64,000 nucleotides of DNA from a virus, in the IMG/VR virus record IMGVR_UViG_3300025133_000069, positions 12,430 to 76,429 of that record; one strand, given 5' to 3'. The notes beneath the pieces are model-generated. The model saw nothing but the letters and a program-made list of their open reading frames with translations, did no database searches and was not told the DNA's origin. The position numbers and the translations under genes were made by a program. Shown in pieces: positions 28,152 to 35,609 of the stretch (position 1 is the first letter of the stretch; each line of letters opens with the position of its first letter).

Positions 28152-29255
28152 ACTATTTAATAATATGCAGAAACTATTTGAAAATTGGCGGAGATTCGTA
28201 GAAGAAGACAATAAAGCTTTAGAATCTAAAATACGCGCGGCATTAGCTGAAGAAGGCGGCGCTGCTGATATGGAAACATTGAAAGAGTATACTGGAGCGA
28301 CCGAGGAAGAAATCAAATCTGCCATGGGGGATTGGGAGGGCATAGAAGAGCATCCGGGATCGTCTGACTTTAGAAAAAATATTTTATTAGAAGGCCAACG
28401 CGAAAATCTTCCAGAATGGTTTAAAGAGTGGCTTGGGGATTTTCTAGAAAAAGATTTAGATGCACCTGGCGCGAAAGAATATTTTCGTAATAGGTCGGCA
28501 CCTATGCCGCCGGCGACGGATCTTGAAGGATATCGTGGAAGAGGAGGAGGCTTCCCCGCGCGATGGGACCGACCGCCGATTCCGCCGATCCACGCGAGTA
28601 GCACGGGCCGGCAGGCGCCGCATTTGGATCTGCAGGGCCGGCCAAAGGCGCCGGGCGAGCAGAGGTGGCGGCGATGGGCTGACCGAGCGCTCGGGCTTCC
28701 ACCTCATCCTGAACCTGTCGCCGGTGCTGGCCATCGCGCAGTGCCTGCTAGCCGGCGAGAGCTTCGATCTGCGCACAACAAGAACAAAAGTAGATTAGTA
28801 AATGATATTAGAAGAGAAGCCACGATTATAGAAAAAGCTGTTCCAAGACGTCCCGGGGCCTTTAAACAATTTTTGCAAAAAGCTAGGAATATTCCATTTT
28901 TAGGTAATTTTTTCAAACTTGCACTTCTTGGGTATGTAGGTACTGATATTCTAACTAGAGCTGATAATGCGTATGCTAGCCAGGGAGTAATAGGAGTATC
29001 TAAAACTATAGCAGAAGAAAGTCTTTTATTTTTACCTAGCTATATAGAAATAAGCTTAATAGCTTCTGCGTTGGAAGAGGCATTCCCAGATATTGTGTTC
29101 CCAGGAAAATGGAAACGTGATAAATATTGGAAGTCTTCAAAATATGATGTTGAAGATTATCCCGGTGGATCAGAAGAAGAAACACCTGAAGAAGACGTGG
29201 GGCCTCTACCAGATGTATAATAGAGATAACGTGACACCAACTATTTATTAATATG
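28147..29255 (+). repeat. 21-bp direct repeat CACCAACTATTTA(A/T)TAATATG at 28147 and 29235
   Basis: One mismatch; comprises the tmRNA 3' CACCA, the promoter motif and an ATG. Confidence 0.8.
28165..29220 (+). CDS. leader-tagged hypothetical protein with GC-rich central patch and hydrophobic C-terminal helices
   Basis: Leader MQKLFENWRRFVEE; EEGGAA motif; GC-rich ~28490-28775; IPFLGNFFKLALLGYVG. Confidence 0.8.
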   Translation: MQKLFENWRRFVEEDNKALESKIRAALAEEGGAADMETLKEYTGATEEEIKSAMGDWEGIEEHPGSSDFRKNILLEGQRENLPEWFKEWLGDFLEKDLDAPGAKEYFRNRSAPMPPATDLEGYRGRGGGFPARWDRPPIPPIHASSTGRQAPHLDLQGRPKAPGEQRWRRWADRALGLPPHPEPVAGAGHRAVPASRRELRSAHNKNKSRLVNDIRREATIIEKAVPRRPGAFKQFLQKARNIPFLGNFFKLALLGYVGTDILTRADNAYASQGVIGVSKTIAEESLLFLPSYIEISLIASALEEAFPDIVFPGKWKRDKYWKSSKYDVEDYPGGSEEETPEEDVGPLPDV

Positions 29256-29405
29256 AAACTTGATTTTAAAACACTAATTACTTTACTAACTATAGCGGCT
29301 ACTTTAGGTGGATTTTATTATACAACACAAGCAAGATTAGATAGTCTAGAGCAAGAAGTTACAAAATTGCAAAAACAAGTTAAAAGGGTAACTAGGAAAA
29401 AGTAA
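29253..29405 (+). CDS. small single-TM coiled-coil protein (MKLDFKTLITLLTIAATLGGFYY...)
   Basis: 50 aa; preceded by ACTATTTATT; stop abuts the next ATG. Confidence 0.65.
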   Translation: MKLDFKTLITLLTIAATLGGFYYTTQARLDSLEQEVTKLQKQVKRVTRKK

Positions 29406-29723
29406 ATGAAGAATTTATTCGAAAATTGGCAAAATTATTTACAAGAAGATAGTGAAGAAAAAACGGATAAACCAAAAGTAGTATGTAACTGTCTTTGTAC
29501 TGATTGTATTTTTAATAAAAGTGAACAATGTATAACTGAAGAAATTAATCTAGATTTTGCACAAACGAAACAAGGTAAATGGATATGTGAATGTTTGACT
29601 TATGAGGTTGATGAAGGAAAAGAAAAAGGCCCAGAAGATTCTACTGTGCGTGGAAGAGAAGAAGTAGATGAATCTGCTTGGTCAGGTTCTGGACCGTTAA
29701 AAGAACCAATTGAAGAAATGTGA
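29406..29723 (+). CDS. leader-tagged small Cys-rich protein
   Basis: Leader MKNLFENWQNYLQE; CNCLCTDC..N...C...CECLTY (possibly DUF1540-like). Confidence 0.75.
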   Translation: MKNLFENWQNYLQEDSEEKTDKPKVVCNCLCTDCIFNKSEQCITEEINLDFAQTKQGKWICECLTYEVDEGKEKGPEDSTVRGREEVDESAWSGSGPLKEPIEEM

Positions 29724-29757
29724 CCAGACAATGATTCCTAGTTAAGGATATTTATTA

Positions 29758-32013
29758 ATGAAAGAAATATATGAAAATTGGAGATTGTTTACTGAAGCAG
29801 CAGATCCTTTAAGTGACGCCGAAATTGTTAAAGCGTTTCAAAAACTAGATATTGTTGCTGATATAGATCTGCCATCGGCCGATGCGCCGGAAGAGGTCTG
29901 GGGGAGATACGGGCGCTCGGGGACCCCGGAAGCTCGCGAAGAACTTTCCCGTGTTGCCCGACGTTTTTTAGATCAAGGAACACCAAAAATAAGAATTCTT
30001 GAACTAGCACATCGCAGTGGACTTCGTCGATGGTTATTAAAAGATCTTGCAACGGAACTTGGTGTGCCACTGGAGGCGCTTCAGACTCGTCAGTTTGCCG
30101 ACGACAAGGTGATGCCCAAGAGCAAGCGCGCAAAAAGACGGCGAAGGAAGGGCCTGTCAAAAAAGGAGATGTTGCGTCTTCCTGATATAGAGGATCCTTT
30201 TTTTGATATACCAGAAGCAGAGAGAGAATACTTAGAAGTATTACATGGGGCGCCAGGTGAAGCGCCCGATGGATGGATTCGAGCGGGAAGTCCTTCACAT
30301 ATGACACAGGATCCTGGTCGGTTTTTGGAAACGATACGAAGGGATGTAGCAGATCTTTCTGGCGGTAGCAATCTTTTTAATCCCGATGAAGATTACCTTT
30401 ATTATAATTATAAGACTAAAAAGATTGCCATTGCTAAAGCACATCCAGAAGTTAGAGGAATAATTGTGCTACCAGATAATATAAGATGGGATTATAATAC
30501 TGGAAGATGGTCTGGTACTGTCAGTATAGAGACGTTAACAGATTGGGTGCCTGAATATATACCAAAAGAACACAATCCTCTTTGGACAGGCGCAGTTGAT
30601 ACGCGTATCAATATGCCTGAAGTTCATGAACCTAGGCCAGGTTGGGGACGTGGTCCGGAGCTGGATCACCTGGATGATCCTGGGTCGAAAAGATGGACAG
30701 AAGTCAAAGAGAGATATGTCCCTAAAGATTATGAAGTCGGAGATAGTTATGAGACGGAGGCTCAAAGAAATGAACGTCTTATCAGAAATGAAGAACTAGG
30801 TCCAGAGCATGCAAGACTTGCACAAGACGAGCGCGCACGTGCCGAACTGCTGGCGGAGCAATCTCTAGATGATTCCAGGCTTCGAGCCAGTTTAGATAAA
30901 AAAGAAAAAAAACTTTTTAATAAAAGCTTCAAGAAGTTTGTTAAAAAAACCAAAGATGTCGGTCAAGCTGAGAGCATGGCCCTCCAGGCTATTCGTACAA
31001 GAAGAAAGCTAATAGCTGATTTAGAAAAGATGCCATTTCTTCCAAAGAGTATGAAAACGTTGATCTCGATGGGCAAACGAACACTCCTGATTTTAGCAAT
31101 TATACTCACGCTCTCAGGGGTCTGGATAGCTATAGATTGGAAGAGTTTCATGAAGTACGGTCCGCCGGGGTGGATTGCGTTTCTACTTGGAGCCGTATGG
31201 GAAGCGATAGTTGGCATAGAATGGAGCACGTGGGTACAATCAAATGGTGTTAAACCACCTGAAACTCTTGAAGAAATGAAAGCAATGTTAGATCGCGAAT
31301 TGCATCCAGATCAAAAAGCAGAACTTAGAGATATAGCACTAGCAGGTATAGGCACTAGTCTCACAGTAGGTTTAGTTGATCTTGCTGATGTAACCGCTAC
31401 CATACAAGTAGAAGAAGCGCTTAAGGATTTTCGATTCAAATGGTCTCTATGGAATGCACAGATTGGTAGAGAAAACAAAAAATTCATGATCCTCGATCCG
31501 AAAGATTATCATCGCAGCGAGGTGATCGCTTCTCCAACCGCTAAAGATCCACGTGGTTTTACAACACCTGATAAAACAACAGAACTTAAATTACAATGTG
31601 CAGAACATCAAAGATTTAAAATTAGAACTTTACCTAGAGTCAAAGATATGGTACGTCTTGGAATTGTCCCTACTCCAGAACTGATCGATCTGGCTAGTAA
31701 GGTTGGTTATCGTTATGAAGGTAGCAACGCTGATGGTTCTCCAGCTTGGAGAGGTATACCTCCGGATAGCCCGGGCGCTAAATCCTGCAAAGAATTAGCA
31801 AAGAGAGGTATACCGGTGCCTGTACCAGGTAAATGGATGGGGCCTGAAGATCCGATAAGATCTACACCTGGACCTAGGCCAGAAGACACACGATTGCATG
31901 AAAACATTAAACATAAAGTAATTAAATTAAAAATTTTAAAAGAACGTAAAGTAGCTGAACATAAAGTAATTAAATTGAAAATTATAAAAGAACGTAAGAA
32001 ATATAAGAAATAA
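29758..32013 (+). CDS. leader-tagged hypothetical protein with TM hairpin and duplicated basic tail
   Basis: Leader MKEIYENWRLFTE; TM segments LLILAIILTLSGVWIAI and GWIAFLLGAVWEAIVG; tail HKVIKLKI(L/I)KERK twice. Confidence 0.8.
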   Translation: MKEIYENWRLFTEAADPLSDAEIVKAFQKLDIVADIDLPSADAPEEVWGRYGRSGTPEAREELSRVARRFLDQGTPKIRILELAHRSGLRRWLLKDLATELGVPLEALQTRQFADDKVMPKSKRAKRRRRKGLSKKEMLRLPDIEDPFFDIPEAEREYLEVLHGAPGEAPDGWIRAGSPSHMTQDPGRFLETIRRDVADLSGGSNLFNPDEDYLYYNYKTKKIAIAKAHPEVRGIIVLPDNIRWDYNTGRWSGTVSIETLTDWVPEYIPKEHNPLWTGAVDTRINMPEVHEPRPGWGRGPELDHLDDPGSKRWTEVKERYVPKDYEVGDSYETEAQRNERLIRNEELGPEHARLAQDERARAELLAEQSLDDSRLRASLDKKEKKLFNKSFKKFVKKTKDVGQAESMALQAIRTRRKLIADLEKMPFLPKSMKTLISMGKRTLLILAIILTLSGVWIAIDWKSFMKYGPPGWIAFLLGAVWEAIVGIEWSTWVQSNGVKPPETLEEMKAMLDRELHPDQKAELRDIALAGIGTSLTVGLVDLADVTATIQVEEALKDFRFKWSLWNAQIGRENKKFMILDPKDYHRSEVIASPTAKDPRGFTTPDKTTELKLQCAEHQRFKIRTLPRVKDMVRLGIVPTPELIDLASKVGYRYEGSNADGSPAWRGIPPDSPGAKSCKELAKRGIPVPVPGKWMGPEDPIRSTPGPRPEDTRLHENIKHKVIKLKILKERKVAEHKVIKLKIIKERKKYKK
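31910..31997 (+). repeat. 48-bp-period duplication encoding HKVIKLKIxKERK
   Basis: Copies start at 31910 and 31958. Confidence 0.85.
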
Positions 32014-32095
32014 ATTTAACTATTATATATAATGTATTTATAATAGTCATTAAGCAAGTGAGCAGACTTGCTTTACTATTATAAGGAAAAGAAGA

Positions 32096-32257
32096 ATGGC
32101 AGTAAAGGAAAATTCTGAGAAAATTGAAAAACTACAAAGTAGAGTCAATAAATTAGTAGATGAAGTATTTGTACTTAATAATAATGTAGCTACTTTCAAA
32201 GTAGCAGTGGCTGAAGATATTAAGCAAGTACTTAAAGCTATTAGAGAAAAGAAATAA
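32096..32257 (+). CDS. small coiled-coil protein (MAVKENSEKIEKL..., 53 aa)
   Basis: AAGGA RBS; TAATG overlap with the next gene. Confidence 0.65.
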   Translation: MAVKENSEKIEKLQSRVNKLVDEVFVLNNNVATFKVAVAEDIKQVLKAIREKK

Positions 32258-32535
32258 TGACCACTGGTAAACTCTGGAAGAATGAATCATATCATTCCAG
32301 CTTCGAAGATGCTGATATTAAAAGAAATAAATTAATTGTAAATTGGTCTGAAGACGAAAAGCATAAAGGTATGCAAGTCAAGGTTAAAGCTTTGTCAGAA
32401 GGTCGTTTCGTTGTAAAAACTAGGTTACATCCAGATTTCGAAGAAAAGAAGGAGAATAAGAAACGTGGGAAAAATCGCAAGAGAAATAAAAAAAATCCAG
32501 ACACAAGAATGTTTGACGCTTCCTCAGGTGTTTGA
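32257..32535 (+). CDS. hypothetical protein, basic C-terminus
   Basis: 92-aa ORF coupled to the upstream gene. Confidence 0.7.
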   Translation: MTTGKLWKNESYHSSFEDADIKRNKLIVNWSEDEKHKGMQVKVKALSEGRFVVKTRLHPDFEEKKENKKRGKNRKRNKKNPDTRMFDASSGV

Positions 32536-32635
32536 GAAGTATCCTCATTTAGCTAGTCTTCAATATGAAGAATTAAATGAGGAATCTCAATTGAATGAAG
32601 AGTCAAATAAACAAATTCAACTTTTGTTGGATTGA
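32465..32635 (+). CDS. small hypothetical protein (MGKIAREIKKIQ...QLLLD)
   Basis: AAGGAG RBS with GTG start; overlaps the 3' end of the previous ORF. Confidence 0.5.
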   Translation: MGKIAREIKKIQTQECLTLPQVFEKYPHLASLQYEELNEESQLNEESNKQIQLLLD

Positions 32636-32654
32636 TTAAGAAAGGAGGTTTTCT

Positions 32655-32738
32655 ATGGAAAGCTTAGTAGTCCTTGTTTGCGTAGGCGTCTGTGGCGCTG
32701 TCGTAGGCTGGGTATTAGCTAAAAAGAATGTTCTTTAG
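32655..32738 (+). CDS. small membrane peptide MESLVVLVCVGVCGAVVGWVLAKKNVL
   Basis: Strong AAAGGAGG RBS; followed by a terminator. Confidence 0.65.
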   Translation: MESLVVLVCVGVCGAVVGWVLAKKNVL

Positions 32739-32750
32739 CTAATTTTGTAT

Positions 32751-32787
32751 GACCCCCCAATGGTTAATATCTTTGGGGGGTCTTTTT
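32751..32787 (+). terminator. rho-independent terminator
   Basis: 10-bp stem GACCCCCCAA/TTGGGGGGTC with 12-nt loop, followed by TTTTT. Confidence 0.85.
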
Positions 32788-32788
32788 A

Positions 32789-32828
32789 TTTACCTTTTAA
32801 AAAAACGAGCTTATTATTATAGTATAAT
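32789..32828 (+). promoter_or_regulatory. possible sigma70-type promoter for the tRNA-purA unit
   Basis: TTTACC-N17-TATTAT, plus TATAAT at 32823, just after the terminator. Confidence 0.35.
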
Positions 32829-32831
32829 TAA

Positions 32832-32907
32832 TGGCCCGTAGCTCAGAGGTTAGAGCACCATTCTTATAAAGTGGGAGTCCCGGGTTCAAGTCCCGGCGGG
32901 CCGACCA
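32832..32907 (+). tRNA. tRNA-Ile (anticodon UAU)
   Basis: Cloverleaf with D-arm TAGCTCAG..GG, anticodon arm CCATT-CTTATAA-AGTGG, T-loop TTCAAGT and encoded CCA. Confidence 0.9.
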
Positions 32908-32923
32908 CACAAAAGGAAAAAAA

Positions 32924-33940
32924 ATGATTGCAGATATTGTTGTTGGATTACAGCATGGAGACGAAGCAAAAGGAAAAGTGACTCACCATCTTTGTTCAGA
33001 AGGTGGCTATACACATGTATTGAGATTTAATGGCGGTGGAAATGCTGGCCATACCATTTATCATAATGGTCGCAAGTTTGTAACACACTATATTCCAGCA
33101 GGTGTTTTTTATGGTATTAAAAGCATTATTGGAAGTGGATGTGTATTAAATATTCAGCATTTCTTCGAAGAGGTAGAAGAACTAAGAAAAGCAGATATTG
33201 ATACATCTTTAATTAAAATAGCTAAAAATTGTCATATTATTACCAGTGATCATCTAAGTGAAGACAATAAAGATAAAAAAATTGGTACAACAAAAAGAGG
33301 CAATGGACCAGCTTATCGTAACAAATACAATCGTACAGGTTATCAAGCAAAAGATACTGTTGAATTACAACCATTTTTGATCGATCTTTATGACGAATTT
33401 TTTAATAATGAAAACGAGGTTAAGATCTTATGTGAGGGTGCTCAGGGATTTGAGCTTGATATTGATTGGGGTGACTATCCATATGTTACTTCTAGTCATT
33501 GTACATCTGCCAGCGCGCTGTTGAACAGTATCCCCGCATCTGCAGTTAGAAATATTTGGGGTGTTGGAAAAGTATATGATACATATGTGGGAACAAAACA
33601 TTTTGAGCCAAATGATGATGTATTCAATAAAATTAGAGAAGTTGGCGAAGAATATGGAGCAACGACCGGCCGTAACCGACAATGCAACTGGTTGGATATT
33701 AATCGACTGATTAAATCTATTAATATTAATGGTATTACCCACTTGGTGTTGAACAAGGTTGATGTATTAGAAAAAATTGGTGTTCATGCTTTATATGATC
33801 AGGAGAGGACACTTAAATTTAATGACGGCGCCGACATGCGGGCCTATATTTTAGGGCGCTTAGAGACACCAGATCTTCTTAGCGAATTACAAGAAGTATA
33901 TTTTTCTGGTAATAAAAATAACTTAAACATGCCCTCTTAG
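32924..33940 (+). CDS. purA: adenylosuccinate synthetase (short type)
   Basis: GDEAKGK, RFNGGGNAGHT, GTTKRGNGPAY, EGAQG, YPYVTSS, GATTGRNR, NKVD. Confidence 0.95.
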   Translation: MIADIVVGLQHGDEAKGKVTHHLCSEGGYTHVLRFNGGGNAGHTIYHNGRKFVTHYIPAGVFYGIKSIIGSGCVLNIQHFFEEVEELRKADIDTSLIKIAKNCHIITSDHLSEDNKDKKIGTTKRGNGPAYRNKYNRTGYQAKDTVELQPFLIDLYDEFFNNENEVKILCEGAQGFELDIDWGDYPYVTSSHCTSASALLNSIPASAVRNIWGVGKVYDTYVGTKHFEPNDDVFNKIREVGEEYGATTGRNRQCNWLDINRLIKSININGITHLVLNKVDVLEKIGVHALYDQERTLKFNDGADMRAYILGRLETPDLLSELQEVYFSGNKNNLNMPS

Positions 33941-34006
33941 CTCAGTTGGTAGAGCATCGGACTCTTAATCCGCAGGTCGTAGGTTCGATCCCTACAGGGG
34001 GTACCA
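33931..34006 (+). tRNA. tRNA-Lys (anticodon CUU)
   Basis: GCCCTCT/AGGGGGT acceptor stem, anticodon loop CT-CTT-AA, GGTTCGATCC T-arm, CCA end. Confidence 0.9.
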
Positions 34007-34013
34007 CACACAG

Positions 34014-34343
34014 GTGAATATGAATTATAAATTAAAAAAAGATGAATACCTTTCTTCCAAAAAATATGTCTGGAAAGAAGGGGTATGCCTAGGACATATA
34101 TATTCAGAAGTAAAAGAGAAACAAGGCATTAATTGGTCGAAATATAAACAAGATAAAACTCTTAGGATGACAGTTAATGACAGGTTGATCGTAAAGTATA
34201 ACGCGATATGTTATCCAAATGAAAGTTGTGGACAATATTCATCGTTAAAAGAAGCGATTACAGCTATTGAAAATAAACAACTAGAATTATTTGACAATTT
34301 AGAAAATTTTGATATAATTACTATTGGAAACGATAATGTCTGA
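34014..34343 (+). CDS. hypothetical protein
   Basis: 109-aa ORF between the tRNA and the methyltransferase. Confidence 0.6.
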   Translation: MNMNYKLKKDEYLSSKKYVWKEGVCLGHIYSEVKEKQGINWSKYKQDKTLRMTVNDRLIVKYNAICYPNESCGQYSSLKEAITAIENKQLELFDNLENFDIITIGNDNV

Positions 34344-34968
34344 TCGGTGGAGTATGTGGACACGCAATGTTATTGACAGATATAAAAATTGGTCTACTGA
34401 ATCAATACGGAAAGATTTGCAGAGAACCGCAAATCCCTTCGCAGTTTGCATGGAACACTGGCAAGGCGATTTCAACATTAGTACGCTCATTCGTAACGCA
34501 AATGCGTTTAACGCTAAAAAAGTTTTTTATTTGGGCAAGAGACGCTTTGATCGCCGCGGAACGGTGGGTACACATCATTATGTGGATCTTGTTTTTCTTG
34601 GTGACAATCATAACTCACTGGTAGGCCTTAAAGATGAGTATACTTTCGTTGCGATTGACAACAACGTATCAAATACGCGCAAATTGAGTGAATTTGATTG
34701 GAATATGCTACAAAAACCACCTCTTATGCTCTTTGGTGAGGAGGGAGTAGGTTTAACTAGTGAGACTTTAGCTCTGGCTGATTATACGGTAGAGGTTCCT
34801 CAATATGGTTCGGTTCGGAGTTTGAACGTAGGCACTTGTTCGGGGATATTGATGTATGATTATATGATGAATTTACAAAATTCCAAAGATTTCTGTGAGT
34901 CACAGACAAAGAAATGTGATGAAATCTGTAATGGACAGAATGAATCATCCCAACTACTTCTCCTTTAA
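34336..34968 (+). CDS. SpoU/TrmH-family (SPOUT) RNA 2'-O-methyltransferase
   Basis: NISTLIRNANAF, LFGEEGVGL, VEVPQYGSVRSLNVG. Confidence 0.9.
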   Translation: MSDRWSMWTRNVIDRYKNWSTESIRKDLQRTANPFAVCMEHWQGDFNISTLIRNANAFNAKKVFYLGKRRFDRRGTVGTHHYVDLVFLGDNHNSLVGLKDEYTFVAIDNNVSNTRKLSEFDWNMLQKPPLMLFGEEGVGLTSETLALADYTVEVPQYGSVRSLNVGTCSGILMYDYMMNLQNSKDFCESQTKKCDEICNGQNESSQLLLL

Positions 34969-35572
34969 CATTTAATACCGCTGATCCGGAAGATCCGCCA
35001 ATCACTGGAATACTATAAAACGCCCTATTATTACTTATGCCAAAAAAGAAACCTTCATATAATGGTACCATTTCGCCATCTGCTATTCCTACAGGTGCTG
35101 AAATATTGTATACTCTATCACCATATTCTGGCTTTACAGGAGATACTTCGATTGCACTCATTGGTAACTTTTCTGCGTTTAGTAGACAAACATCTAAATC
35201 TACATCATATTTTATTACATCTACATAGAATTTTTTATTATCGCGATCAATTGCTCGAAGAACAATCTTTGCACCCTCAAATGATCCTAACATGCCCTTA
35301 AATTCATCAACTTTGCAAACATGAGCTGCTGTCAAAATAACTTTACTATTATTATGGCGAATCACCATCCCAGAACCAGATGAAAATAACATGTAGGGAT
35401 CACAAAGTGCTGGGTCTTCTTCTAGCTCACAAACTTTAAATTTGACTAGTGTTTCTATTTTCACAAAAGATTTTTTAGCTGTTGTTAAATTCTTTAGAGC
35501 GTTGATTTGCAACGCGCAGCTATTTATTATGAATGAAAATAACAATATAAAAATTAAAGAAAAATATTTCAT
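34757..35572 (-). CDS. trypsin-like serine protease, lipoprotein signal
   Basis: LTAAHVC, DVCLL, GGSSGS catalytic triad motifs; signal ending INSC; ACTAGTTATA upstream on the minus strand (35579-35588). Confidence 0.9.
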   Translation of the reverse strand: MKYFSLIFILLFSFIINSCALQINALKNLTTAKKSFVKIETLVKFKVCELEEDPALCDPYMLFSSGSGMVIRHNNSKVILTAAHVCKVDEFKGMLGSFEGAKIVLRAIDRDNKKFYVDVIKYDVDLDVCLLNAEKLPMSAIEVSPVKPEYGDRVYNISAPVGIADGEMVPLYEGFFFGISNNRAFYSIPVIGGSSGSAVLNVKGEVVGMIHSVHYRFHHISLSVTHRNLWNFVNSSYNHTSISPNKCLRSNSEPNHIEEPLPYNQPELKSH

Positions 35573-35609
35573 TGTATTTATAACTAGTGGCTGAACATCT
35601 GAGAATTTT

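Noticed and set aside
28107-28916. Multiple overlapping alternative ORFs on both strands
   Set aside because: Explained by stop-codon scarcity in the GC-rich patch; no RBS or motifs support them.
32924-33940. PurZ (2-aminoadenine Z-genome pathway)
   Set aside because: The catalytic position is Asp (GDEAKGK) rather than the Ser of PurZ, and the GTP-type NKVD motif is present, so canonical PurA is more likely.
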